Shown one piece after another: positions 9,690-19,567 of a stretch of DNA of 64,000 nucleotides. A program made the position numbers and the translations under genes. How positions within the stretch are numbered: the first letter of the stretch is position 1; each line of letters opens with the position of its first letter. The DNA is from Microcoleaceae cyanobacterium (GTDB lineage: Bacteria; Cyanobacteriota; Cyanobacteriia; Cyanobacteriales; Microcoleaceae): positions 39,342 through 103,341 of the forward strand of contig JBOFUV010000101.1 of the NCBI GenBank assembly GCA_051652765.1, written 5' to 3'. A model generated the notes under the pieces. The model did not search any database, was not told where the DNA came from, and worked only from the letters and a program-made list of their open reading frames with translations.

Positions 9690-10896
9690 TCTTCATGCTC
9701 TTTGTCAGAAACATCGCATTATGCCACGGGGTGTCATTCATGTTGGTTCTTACGATGGACAAGACATTAAGCGCTATCCCATCCCCGAAGCAGCAGAAAT
9801 TCTGATCGTTGAAGCCAATCCCACTGTAGCTCAACAACTTCAAACTCACTTTGCACGTACATCAAGTATTCGAGTAGTCAACTTTGCAATCAGTGATCAT
9901 AGCAATACTGCTACTCTGTATATTCCTGCAATTGAATCCAATAGCTCTATATTGCCCTTTACGGGATATCAAGACATTTATCCTAATCTTAAAGAAACTC
10001 GACAAATCACTGTTGAATCTCACACCCTTAGCACTTTGTTGGCTGAACTTCACCTTGATCCGGCAAACTTTAACCTGCTTTACCTCAACATCCAAGGTGC
10101 TGAACTCTTAGCTCTCCAAGGGGCAAGTCAGTTATTAAAACAGATTGAAGCCATTTACACCACTATTAGTTATCAGGAACTCTTTGAGGGTGGAGCCTTG
10201 ATTGACCAAGTGGATGCTTTTCTGGAACAATATCATTTCCGCCGCGTTGCCCAAGCAAATCCCTATCATCCCGCTTGGGGAGAGGTATTCTATGTTTACC
10301 AATCCACAGATTCACTTGGGATTGCTCATACTTCTCAAAGTACTCAAATACAAAAGTTGCAAGAAGAATTAGACCAGCTTCAGTCCCAATTTCAACACGT
10401 TCAAACTGAGCGAGACCAACTCCAGTCTCAATTTCAGCACGTTCAAGCTGAGCGAGACCAACTCCAGTCCCAATTTCAGCACGTTCAAGCTGAGCGAGAC
10501 CAACTCCAGTCTCAATTTCAGCATGTTCAAACTGAGCGAGACCAACTCCAGTCTCAATTTCAGCACGTTCAAGCTGAGCAAGACCAACTCCAGTCTCAAT
10601 TTCAGCACGTTCAAACTGAGCGCGACCAAACTTTTTCTGAACTACATCAGGCCCGTGAAGAGTTGGAAATTACTCAATTCCAATTAGATGAAATTCAAAT
10701 AGAACTAGACCACTCTCAGTCCAGACTGCACCAAGTTCAGGCAGAGCTAGAACAAGTTCAAGTTCAATTACATCAAACTCAAGCCGAATTAACAATACAA
10801 GGTAAGGATGATGCTAGAACTGACTGTTCCGAACATGTTAGAACTTTAGCCCGGATCTTGGCTGAGACTCTGGAAACTAGGGATCAAGTATCTTAA
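9679..10896 (+). CDS. FkbM-family methyltransferase with long coiled-coil C-terminus
   Basis: GVIHVGSYDG, VEANP, LNIQGAELLALQGA; Q/E-rich heptad tail. The start overlaps the upstream gene end. Confidence 0.88.
   Translation: MKLDLHALCQKHRIMPRGVIHVGSYDGQDIKRYPIPEAAEILIVEANPTVAQQLQTHFARTSSIRVVNFAISDHSNTATLYIPAIESNSSILPFTGYQDIYPNLKETRQITVESHTLSTLLAELHLDPANFNLLYLNIQGAELLALQGASQLLKQIEAIYTTISYQELFEGGALIDQVDAFLEQYHFRRVAQANPYHPAWGEVFYVYQSTDSLGIAHTSQSTQIQKLQEELDQLQSQFQHVQTERDQLQSQFQHVQAERDQLQSQFQHVQAERDQLQSQFQHVQTERDQLQSQFQHVQAEQDQLQSQFQHVQTERDQTFSELHQAREELEITQFQLDEIQIELDHSQSRLHQVQAELEQVQVQLHQTQAELTIQGKDDARTDCSEHVRTLARILAETLETRDQVS
10372..10629 (+). repeat. In-frame tandem repeat, 6 x 42 bp (14 aa, DQLQSQFQHVQ[T/A]E[R/Q])
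   Basis: Near-identical unit gaccaactccagtctcaatttcagcacgttcaa(g/a)ctgagcga read directly. Confidence 0.97.
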
Positions 10897-10921
10897 TAAG
10901 CTCATTAAAAATGTAGGCTTT

Positions 10922-12736
10922 ATGAATTTCTTCAAAAAACTCTCGATTGTCTTTGCAGGTCGTAACGATTCTTATGGGGGAGATTTTAAGACAAAAGTCC
11001 TTGCAACTTGGAAGCGTAACTATACTGAAATGTTACAACGGGGAATTGAGGGAGAATGGGTCTTTGTTGAGTGGAATCCCTTAGATGAAAACTATTTCTC
11101 CTATATTTTAGCGCCTTTAGGATTTAGATGTTACATCGTTTCTCAAAAAATTCATCAACAAGTTTGTACTAATCCTCAGATGAATTTCATGCAATTTTTT
11201 GCTAAAAATGTCGGGATTCGCAGAGCCACCCATCCTTGGATCATTTTAACTAATGCTGACGTGATTTTTGGCAAAGATATTCTGGATTTTATTTGTCAAA
11301 ATGAGCTAGATGAAAATTTGATTTATCGAGCAGAACGTCGAGATATTCAGTCTGGTTTATACACTGCATCTTTTGAACAGATGATAGATAAGACAGTAAT
11401 GTACTACGATACAAATGGAGGAATAGATTTTGTTCGGGGAGCAGGAGATTTCACATTATATAACAGACAAAAAATTTCCTATGGGCATGATGAGAATATT
11501 AGAGATTCAGATGTTTATATTGATATTCGTTTTCTTTATAATTATAAGGCAATTCATGGCTTAAATGACTTCTCATTCATTAAGTTTATTGGCACTGTTT
11601 TTAAAGAGGATCACTCTCTGACTTGGCGACATATATCTCATTTGTCGGCCTCTCATAAAGGCTTGAATAAAAGAGAGGAATATCTTTACTGTAACCATCC
11701 CTATTCTTTGCCTCCGGATTGGGGCTTGGTCGAATCTTCTGCTAGAGAAATTGGCCAGAATATTTGGCTCTTAGAATCTCTGGAAACCAAGATATACCTT
11801 ATGCCAAAAACTTTTAAAGTCATAGCTTTGCTAACCGTTCGCAATGAAGAGATGTATCTCGATCGTTGTTTAAATCATCTTTATAATGAGGGAATTGAAA
11901 CTTGTCTGATTGACAATAGCTCTAGTGATTGTACCTTGGAAATTGCTCAAAGCTTCTTCAATAGAGGCGTGATTAGAATTGAACATTTTCCTTTTGATGG
12001 AAAATTTGAACTGCAAAAAATCTGTCGCAATGAAGAGCGTCTAGCTCGAGAGATTAATGCAGACTGGTTTATGCATCATGATGCTGATGAAATTCGTCAA
12101 GCTCCTGCACCTTATAAAACGTTACTAGAAGGGATAAAAGATGCAGATTCTCAAGGCTATAATGCAATTAACTTTGACGAGTTTGTTTTTCTTCCAACAG
12201 AAGATGAAGAGTGCTTTGAGGGTAGAGATTATGTTGAAGAGATGAAATACTATTATTTTTTTGAACCGACACCCCAACGCAGAATTAATATATGGAAAAA
12301 AACAAATGAAATTGAACTTTATAGCAGTGGAGGCCATCAAGCTGATTTCTTAGGGCGTAGGGTATTTCCAACTTCTTTTATCCTGCGCCACTATATTGTA
12401 CTCAGTCGAAATCATGCGATCACCAAATATACAAAACGAATTCACTCAGAGGCAGACTTGTCTAAGGGATGGATGCTTGATCGCGCCAACTTTACTCCTG
12501 AAAAACTTAACTTTCCCAGCAAAAACCAGCTCAAAAGAATAAATGAATCAGGAATCTGGGATAAATCATATCCCTGGACAGAACATACCTTTCTCTTGGC
12601 GAAATCTTGTATGGTAACAATAAGCCCTAATCAGGATAGCCATCTAGCCATAATTCGAGAGAAACTTTCCCAGTCAAAAGCTAGATTAGCTCGAATGGAA
12701 GCCGATTTTAAATCAATTCAATCAGACTCTCAATAA
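10922..12736 (+). CDS. Two-domain GT-A/GT2-like glycosyltransferase
   Basis: Domain 1: GRNDSYGG, AKNVGIRRA, TNADV. Domain 2: VRNEE...LIDNSSSD...WFMHHDADE. Confidence 0.82.
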   Translation: MNFFKKLSIVFAGRNDSYGGDFKTKVLATWKRNYTEMLQRGIEGEWVFVEWNPLDENYFSYILAPLGFRCYIVSQKIHQQVCTNPQMNFMQFFAKNVGIRRATHPWIILTNADVIFGKDILDFICQNELDENLIYRAERRDIQSGLYTASFEQMIDKTVMYYDTNGGIDFVRGAGDFTLYNRQKISYGHDENIRDSDVYIDIRFLYNYKAIHGLNDFSFIKFIGTVFKEDHSLTWRHISHLSASHKGLNKREEYLYCNHPYSLPPDWGLVESSAREIGQNIWLLESLETKIYLMPKTFKVIALLTVRNEEMYLDRCLNHLYNEGIETCLIDNSSSDCTLEIAQSFFNRGVIRIEHFPFDGKFELQKICRNEERLAREINADWFMHHDADEIRQAPAPYKTLLEGIKDADSQGYNAINFDEFVFLPTEDEECFEGRDYVEEMKYYYFFEPTPQRRINIWKKTNEIELYSSGGHQADFLGRRVFPTSFILRHYIVLSRNHAITKYTKRIHSEADLSKGWMLDRANFTPEKLNFPSKNQLKRINESGIWDKSYPWTEHTFLLAKSCMVTISPNQDSHLAIIREKLSQSKARLARMEADFKSIQSDSQ

Positions 12737-12833
12737 ATTTTGATTTCATTTGTCTTAAGTTCTCCTGAACTGGCATGATTAGAAAGTATAACCACGCTAA
12801 GTTTGACCAAAAACAAAAACTTACATCAGATTC

Positions 12834-14468
12834 ATGAACCTCCCTCAATTTCAAGCTAAGTCTTCCATCTTTGCGATTACTGGAATGCATCGTTCAGGAA
12901 CATCTTTGGTAACAGGTATCCTTCAAAGTGCTGGGTTACATGTGGGTCAAGAGTTGATCGAGGCAAATGAATGGAATGCCAAAGGATATTTTGAAAATGT
13001 TGAGTTTGTCGAGTTTCACAAAGATGTTCTAGGTTCTCAGAAAATCTCTGAGGATGGGTGGACATTACAGGAAAACATTGGGGTTGAAGAGCAGCATCGC
13101 GATCAGGCTGAACAAATCGTTGCTGAGCACTCCATGTTTTCCCTTTGGGGTTGGAAAGACCCTCGGACAACCTTGTTCTTGAATTTCTGGGCAAATCTGC
13201 TCCCAGAAGCTAATTTTCTTCTGATTTACCGTGCCCCTTGGGAAGTTGTGGATTCCCTCTATCGTCGGGCAGATGAGCCATTTCAGAAGGAGCCAGAACT
13301 TGCGGTCAAGCTCTGGCTTCACTACAACCAAAAAATTACTGAGTTGTGTAACCAGTTTCCCCAACGATGTTTACTGACCAATATCAGTGCTGTCGTCAAA
13401 AGTCCTCAAAAATATGTGGACAAGATTAATCAACAGTTTGGTACTTATTTAACTGCTCCAGCAGAAGATTTTTATGATGTCTCCCTATTTGGGATCGATG
13501 AAAAAGATGGCTATCGACCCAGCCTGATTGAATGCTATTTTCCAGACGCAATTGGACTCTATGAGGAATTAGAAGCCCGATCCTGGAAGCCCGGAGATAA
13601 GCTTGATATGTCTTGGCGCGATCGCATTAGAAGTTCTCCTTACAAAGTTTGGGTGTTTCAAGACTGGATGGCTCTGCGTCAAGTAGAGACTCTTTATCAG
13701 TCATTGCAAGAAAAATATCAAACTTCAGAATCAGATAGGGTAATCTTAAAATCTCAGATTCAGCAGTTAGAATCTCAGCGCCACAAAGCTGAATTGAAAC
13801 TTCATGAGACTGAAACTGTTCTAGAACAGTCTCAACTCCAGCTCAATGAAACCGAAACGACTTTGGAGCAGTGTCGCAATCAGCTAAAGCAAACCCAGGC
13901 TCAAGTTGATCAATTTTATTCAGAAGTTCAACAACAACAAATGCAGTCACACTTAGTTCAGGAAGAGCTAGAACAAGCTCTATCCCAGCTTTATCAAGCT
14001 GAATCCTTGCTGGAAGGATATCACAAACAGTTTAAACAAGCCCAGAGTGAGCTAGAACGGCTAAAGTTCGAACAAGCCCTGTCAGAACGTTCAGATAATA
14101 TCTACCAATCTTTAGTTTCACGGGCGTGGCTTGCCTATAAAAACCAAGATTTAACTAAAATGGCTCAGTCCTTACAGCAATCGGTTCAGTATTGGCCAGG
14201 TTTTCAATCTGAAATCCTGCTCAACTGGTTAGAGTCCTTTGCTCAACTGTCAGCCCAATATGAAGAATCATTTAACGTTCAAACCCTAATTCAGTCGATT
14301 GAGTGGCAACAGTTGATGCGTCGAATAATGACTTGCACCCCTTCCGTCAAACAACAGTTTGTTGAAGTAAGCTCCAATCAGAATGGCAAATTGACAGCGA
14401 TCCGAGAAAAACTCTCTCAATCGAAAGCCAAATTGGCTCAGGTAGAAGCTGACTTGAACTCTTTTTAA
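12834..14468 (+). CDS. Sulfotransferase-like P-loop protein with coiled coil and C-terminal helical domain
   Basis: ITGMHRSGTSLV, KGYFEN, WGWKDPRTTL, YRAPWEVVDSL; long Q/E heptad region. Confidence 0.82.
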   Translation: MNLPQFQAKSSIFAITGMHRSGTSLVTGILQSAGLHVGQELIEANEWNAKGYFENVEFVEFHKDVLGSQKISEDGWTLQENIGVEEQHRDQAEQIVAEHSMFSLWGWKDPRTTLFLNFWANLLPEANFLLIYRAPWEVVDSLYRRADEPFQKEPELAVKLWLHYNQKITELCNQFPQRCLLTNISAVVKSPQKYVDKINQQFGTYLTAPAEDFYDVSLFGIDEKDGYRPSLIECYFPDAIGLYEELEARSWKPGDKLDMSWRDRIRSSPYKVWVFQDWMALRQVETLYQSLQEKYQTSESDRVILKSQIQQLESQRHKAELKLHETETVLEQSQLQLNETETTLEQCRNQLKQTQAQVDQFYSEVQQQQMQSHLVQEELEQALSQLYQAESLLEGYHKQFKQAQSELERLKFEQALSERSDNIYQSLVSRAWLAYKNQDLTKMAQSLQQSVQYWPGFQSEILLNWLESFAQLSAQYEESFNVQTLIQSIEWQQLMRRIMTCTPSVKQQFVEVSSNQNGKLTAIREKLSQSKAKLAQVEADLNSF

Positions 14469-14551
14469 CCTTATTTTTAGACATCTGCTACAATCAGCAG
14501 GCTCTAACCCTAAAGATTTAGTACCTACTCTAAGAAATCAACTGTTTCCCT

Positions 14552-16963
14552 CTATTTTAGTTCCAACTGCTGGGCCAATTGATAGAACACAACCGCTGCA
14601 TCCGCCTGATTCTGTCGTGCTAATGTAGTGGCTAACTGACTATAAAGCTGAGCATTATTGGGCTCAATTTCTAACGCTTTATGGTAAAGAACTACATGAT
14701 CCGGATTTTGCTGGATCAGATCTTGGTAATAACCCAAAGCTTCTGTCAAATCTCTCATGGCTCGCTCTCGCAAGGCATCAGCCAATTTCTCGTCAATCCC
14801 TGTTAAGTTTGAATCTAACGCTTGAGCTGCCCGATAGGCAACGACTGCGGCTTCCCAATTTCCTAACTTGGCCTGAATTTCCGCCAGATTGTAGTGCGAC
14901 CAGGGAAACTTGGAGTTCAGCTCAATCGCCTGATTGTAGGCAGCAACGGCATCGGGCCAACGTTCTAACTGACTCAATGCCTCTGCCAAGCCATTGTAAG
15001 ACCAAGCGAACTCTCCATTCAGCTCAATAGCTTGTTGGTAAGCAGCTACGGCCTCATCCCAGCGTTCGAGTTTCAGCAATACATCGGCCAAGCCATTGTG
15101 CGTCCACCAGACATCCGGGTTCAAGTCTACAGCTCGACGGTAGGCCGCTAAGGCTTCGGGTAACTCCTCGCGATCGCGCAACAAATCCCCCAATTTTTGA
15201 TACACTTCAGCTTCGACTGAACCCAGCTCAATTGCCCGACGATATTGAGTTAGAGCCAATTCAGTTGCTCCACTATTCATTAAGCCGTGACCTAGAAATT
15301 TGTACACCTCTGGATCGGGGGAAGTTGCAAGGGCGATCGCCTGTTGCAGAGTACTAACGGCCTCAGGCCAGCATTCCTGTTTCGCTAGCACCTTTCCCAA
15401 ACCGAAGTGGCTGGCTGCATCCTGAGGCTCAAGCTGAATCGCCCGTTGGTAAGCTGTTGTTGCTTCCGGCAATTGCCACTGTCTTTGTAAGATTTCTCCC
15501 AACTGTTGGTAGGCAAAAGCATTATTGGGATTCAATTCCAGCAGTTTTTGGTAGGCAGTCATTGCCTCCGACCAGCAGTCTTGCTGAGTCAGAATTTGCC
15601 CTAAACCCTGATAGGATTCAAGGCTCCCCGGATCTAGCTCCAGGGTTTTTTGATAGGCGGCGATCGCTTTTTGAACCTCACCTTGTTGGCGATAGATCTC
15701 TCCCATGCCCTGGTAAGCTGCGGCCCTCTGTCCATCAACCTGTAGGGCGTGTTGGAAGTAGACAGAGGCTTTTGCCAACTGTTTTTGCTGAAGATGAAAC
15801 TGACCTAATTGGACGTAATCTTCTGCCGTTGTGCGCTCTGGCTCCAAGCTGTGGGATCTGGCAATACAGTGAACGGCTTGCTCAGTGTTGCCCAAGCGGA
15901 TGAAAATTTTAGCCAGGTTGCGGTAGGCTCCCGCAAAGTTGGGATTTAGCTTCAGGGCTTGTTGATAATAACTTACGGCCTTTTCCAGCCGTTCCTGCTG
16001 GCCATAGAGGCTGCCTAAATTGGCACAGACTTCGGGATATTGGGGCTGCAGTTCTAGGGCTTTTTCATAGGCTCGCACTGCTGCCGGAATCTCCCCCAAC
16101 ACTTGCAAAGCATTGCCTTGAATTTTGTAGGCAACTGCTAAATTGGGCTGAATCCGCAGGGCTTTCTGACAAGTTGTGATCACCAGTTCCCAATTTTTCA
16201 GGGCGCAGTGGGCGTTAGCCTGATCAATCAGATCTTGGGGAGTGACCTGAGACGCTTGGGGTTGAGATCGGGGACTTTCTGCAACAGTCCTTGCAACAGG
16301 TTTTGCAACGGTCTTTGCAACGGTGCCACCAGAACGGGACTGAGCTGAGACAGCAACTAATGTATCTGACGGGTGAAGGTTGGGTTTGGCATCCTGGCTA
16401 TTGTGCAGGGCCGCTGCCAAGGTTTCTGTTGGCAGAGATTGAGGCATCTGGCTTGAGGCCGCTTGTAAGGTGTCTGCTAAGGTGTTTGCTAAAGTGACTG
16501 CAGGTTGTAACGGGTCTCCAGGAGACGGAGGTTCCAATTCCAGGGCTTGACGCTGACAGATGGCTGCCTGTTCAGGCTGATGTAACGCCATCCAAACCTT
16601 GGCTAAATTTCGATACGCTCCCGCAAAGTCGGGCTTGAGCTGAATCGCCCGTTGAAATTGGGTGACAGCCTCCTGCCATTGTTGGGTTCGGGCATAGAGA
16701 CTGCCTAAATTGGCATGAAGTTCGGGCCAATTGGAGTCAAGACTGAGGGCTTGGAGATAGTGCTGTTGAGCGTCCGAGAGTTTTCCCTGGCGTTGATCCA
16801 GATCTCCCAACAACTTATAGGTAGAAGCCTGTTGAGGATTGAGCTTAAGAATTTGCTCATAGACTTTGCGCGCATCCTCAAGCTGACCTTGGCTCAGGTA
16901 AACTTCGGCTTGTTGCTGGAGATAGAGCACACTCTTCCTTATAATCTCTTTCACTTGCATCAT
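14552..16963 (-). CDS. Large stand-alone TPR protein
   Basis: Many TPR units in two blocks separated by a P/S/Q/T-rich linker; no catalytic domain seen. Confidence 0.9.
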   Translation of the reverse strand: MMQVKEIIRKSVLYLQQQAEVYLSQGQLEDARKVYEQILKLNPQQASTYKLLGDLDQRQGKLSDAQQHYLQALSLDSNWPELHANLGSLYARTQQWQEAVTQFQRAIQLKPDFAGAYRNLAKVWMALHQPEQAAICQRQALELEPPSPGDPLQPAVTLANTLADTLQAASSQMPQSLPTETLAAALHNSQDAKPNLHPSDTLVAVSAQSRSGGTVAKTVAKPVARTVAESPRSQPQASQVTPQDLIDQANAHCALKNWELVITTCQKALRIQPNLAVAYKIQGNALQVLGEIPAAVRAYEKALELQPQYPEVCANLGSLYGQQERLEKAVSYYQQALKLNPNFAGAYRNLAKIFIRLGNTEQAVHCIARSHSLEPERTTAEDYVQLGQFHLQQKQLAKASVYFQHALQVDGQRAAAYQGMGEIYRQQGEVQKAIAAYQKTLELDPGSLESYQGLGQILTQQDCWSEAMTAYQKLLELNPNNAFAYQQLGEILQRQWQLPEATTAYQRAIQLEPQDAASHFGLGKVLAKQECWPEAVSTLQQAIALATSPDPEVYKFLGHGLMNSGATELALTQYRRAIELGSVEAEVYQKLGDLLRDREELPEALAAYRRAVDLNPDVWWTHNGLADVLLKLERWDEAVAAYQQAIELNGEFAWSYNGLAEALSQLERWPDAVAAYNQAIELNSKFPWSHYNLAEIQAKLGNWEAAVVAYRAAQALDSNLTGIDEKLADALRERAMRDLTEALGYYQDLIQQNPDHVVLYHKALEIEPNNAQLYSQLATTLARQNQADAAVVFYQLAQQLELK

Positions 16964-17013
16964 GGAGCAGGACTGGAAACGCTTAAGCTTTATTGTACGA
17001 GGTTGAGGGACAT

Positions 17014-18036
17014 CTATTCAAAGCGCAACTCCCCAACCCCCGAAGTCACTTCGCCAATGACGTAAGCTGGAATTTTCGCAGTCACAAAGTGTTGTAGGGC
17101 CAACTCGACTTGCTCACTGGGCACAAACACCACGAAGCCAATCCCTAGGTTAAAGGTCTCTCGCATAGCAGCTTGAGAAACCTCTCCAGCTTGAGCAATC
17201 CAGTCAAAAATGGGTGGAATTGGCCAACTTTGGGGCAGGAGCTGAATTGACTGCCCCGATCCCAAACATCGGGGTAAATTCTCGGGCAGACCTCCGCCGG
17301 TGATATGGGCCATGCCGTGAATCTTTAACTTGCCTCGGAGGGCCGCTAGCACAGGCTTTACATAAATCCGGGTGGGAGTTAAGCACACTTCGCCTAAGGT
17401 TTGCCCCTCTGACCACTCTGGGGTTTCATGCCAGTTTAAAGCGCGATCGCCCACAATTTTGCGAACCAGGCTAAAGCCATTGCTATGCAATCCACTACTG
17501 AGTAACCCAATGGCAATATCTCCAATCTGCATTTGGCTGCCATCTAGGCGTTGACTTTTTTCAACAATGCCAACGCAAAACCCCGCGAGGTCATATTCTC
17601 CTAACCCATAAAATCCGGGCATCTCAGCAGTTTCGCCGCCAATCAAGGCACATCCGGCCTGTTGACATCCCTGAGAAATCCCCTCAACAACCTGGGTGAG
17701 CTGATCAGGGTTAAGCTGTCCTGTCGCCAAATAGTCTAGAAAAAATAGAGGTTCAGCGCCAGAGGTAAGGACATCATTCACACACATTGCCACCAAGTCA
17801 ATTCCAACAGTGTTGTGGCGATTGAGAATATTAGCCAGTTTTAGTTTTGTTCCAACGCCATCTGTGCCTGCTACCAACACCGGCTGTTGATATCCTGGGG
17901 GTAGCTCAAAACAACCGCTAAAGCCCCCTAAGCCCCCGACAACTTCCGGTCGGAAGGTTTGCTGTACTAGGGTGCGAATCCGCTCAACAAATGCACGCCC
18001 TGCAACAACGTCAACACCCGCTGCTTGATAGTCCAT
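17014..18036 (-). CDS. purM: Phosphoribosylformylglycinamidine cyclo-ligase
   Basis: [34 protein letters not shown] motifs. Confidence 0.97.
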   Translation of the reverse strand: MDYQAAGVDVVAGRAFVERIRTLVQQTFRPEVVGGLGGFSGCFELPPGYQQPVLVAGTDGVGTKLKLANILNRHNTVGIDLVAMCVNDVLTSGAEPLFFLDYLATGQLNPDQLTQVVEGISQGCQQAGCALIGGETAEMPGFYGLGEYDLAGFCVGIVEKSQRLDGSQMQIGDIAIGLLSSGLHSNGFSLVRKIVGDRALNWHETPEWSEGQTLGEVCLTPTRIYVKPVLAALRGKLKIHGMAHITGGGLPENLPRCLGSGQSIQLLPQSWPIPPIFDWIAQAGEVSQAAMRETFNLGIGFVVFVPSEQVELALQHFVTAKIPAYVIGEVTSGVGELRFE

Positions 18037-18265
18037 AGGATGAGTCCTTATTGTAATGACAAACTCCGTCTTGATCTTAAGGTTTTCCTTTGTTTCTGAC
18101 ACCTTAACGTCAAATAGGTTTGATCCCTGCTGAACAGGGCAAATTTTGAAAAATCAAGGAGATTTTTCAATTCATTAAAAACTTTTATACGTTCTGATTC
18201 AGATCAGTACAAATCTTTAGAAGTCATGTCAGGTCAATGGTTTGGCAAGAACTGTACGGTCTAGT

Positions 18266-18368
18266 TTGGTTGCAGAACGGTGGGAGCGGCCCCTCGCACT
18301 GATCCCCAACCCTTTCAGTTCGTGTTACTCTAAATCCCGTTCTGGTGTTGTAAAACAAACGCAGAACG
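18266..18368 (+). promoter_or_regulatory. Putative structured 5' leader of rlpA
   Basis: CAGAACGG (18273-80) pairs with CCGTTCTG (18337-44); a competing CAGAACG lies at 18362-68; inner hairpin at 18280-99. Confidence 0.35.
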
Positions 18369-18544
18369 ACTCCGAGTTACTAATCTGAGTTACCAAATCA
18401 GGTTGCACGTTTTTTCGGTTCTTGAGTCAAAGACCAACTCGTCTTCTGGAGCAGAATTTGCTCCCTGTTGACTTGTACTTTTTGCCTCTAAAACCAATTT
18501 TAAGTAACTCGCTTTCAGTTGTTGAGTGGCTTTTGAAATTATTT

Positions 18545-19567
18545 ATGAAGTATGCATTTCTGGGTAGTCTTGTAGCCTTATCTCTTGCTCCGACTGTGGG
18601 CTTATTGCCCTTCAGGCAAAACGAGCGAATTCAGGCAAGCAATGCCCCCATTGAAAAAGCAGATTCAGTCTCTCCGGCTAACGAAACGGTCGCAAAGCCT
18701 CAGTCTTCTGAGGTCATCAAGATCGGGGAATATCAGTCTGCTACCAATCCTGACCCTGAACAAGGCGCGATCGCCACAATCCAAGCCCATGAATGGAACC
18801 TTCGTCCGGCTGCTACCTTGTACGTTCGCAATATTCCTATCGTTACGTTCACTACTGCTTCCGACACCAGTAGTAATAGTACAGACAAGGATAGTCTAGT
18901 TAAAGTTTCAGAGCGAACTACTTTTCCGACTGAAACAATCAGTTCAAGCACTGCAGCAGATAGCCCGATTCACCGAGCTTCCATCCTGGCAACTCAGTTG
19001 AATCAGCTCAGGTCACATGCCACTGATCCGACTCAGATTACGGTTAGATGGGACGTTGCTCAGGAATGCTACGTCATCGGCATTGAAAAAACAGATCTGA
19101 TCACCATGGGTGCAGGCACTTTGTTACCGGATACAACTCACGATATCGCTCAAGATGCTTTACAAGCCACCAATCGGCTGCGGAGACAGTTTGGGAATGC
19201 TCCCCCGCTGACTGAAATTGCAAATGCCCCAAAACCCGAGCCGATTGCAGCTCGACCCATTCAGCAAATTTTAAAAGGGATTGCCTCTTGGTATGGCCCT
19301 GGGTTCCATGGAAACCTGACTGCCAACGGGGAAGTCTACGATCAGCATGAAATGACCGCAGCTCATCCTTCTCTGCCCTTTGGGACTGAAGTTCGGGTAA
19401 CCAACCAAAATACGGGCCTATCGACAATTGTCCGAATTAATGACCGAGGCCCCTATGCTGGAGGTCGAATCATAGACCTTTCTGCAGCAGCAGCCTATGC
19501 TGTTGGAATGGTGAACAGTGGGATTGCACCTGTGACCGTCGAAATCCTGACCCCTGTGCGACAATAG
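18545..19567 (+). CDS. rlpA: Septal ring lytic transglycosylase RlpA family protein
   Basis: GIASWYGPGFHG..TANGE, AAHPSLPFGT, RINDRGPY...IIDLS; located between purM and panC/cmk. Confidence 0.93.
   Translation: MKYAFLGSLVALSLAPTVGLLPFRQNERIQASNAPIEKADSVSPANETVAKPQSSEVIKIGEYQSATNPDPEQGAIATIQAHEWNLRPAATLYVRNIPIVTFTTASDTSSNSTDKDSLVKVSERTTFPTETISSSTAADSPIHRASILATQLNQLRSHATDPTQITVRWDVAQECYVIGIEKTDLITMGAGTLLPDTTHDIAQDALQATNRLRRQFGNAPPLTEIANAPKPEPIAARPIQQILKGIASWYGPGFHGNLTANGEVYDQHEMTAAHPSLPFGTEVRVTNQNTGLSTIVRINDRGPYAGGRIIDLSAAAAYAVGMVNSGIAPVTVEILTPVRQ

Noticed and set aside
10372..10629. 42-bp repeats as a CRISPR array
   Set aside because: Units are contiguous with no spacers, lie in frame in a gene, and no cas genes are present.
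10369..10629. 86-aa minus-strand Leu-rich ORF
   Set aside because: Antisense shadow of the coiled-coil repeat.
18266..18368. 6S RNA or c-di-AMP riboswitch
   Set aside because: Lacks the long closed rod of 6S RNA and the ydaO consensus motifs as I recall them; kept only as an unnamed leader.
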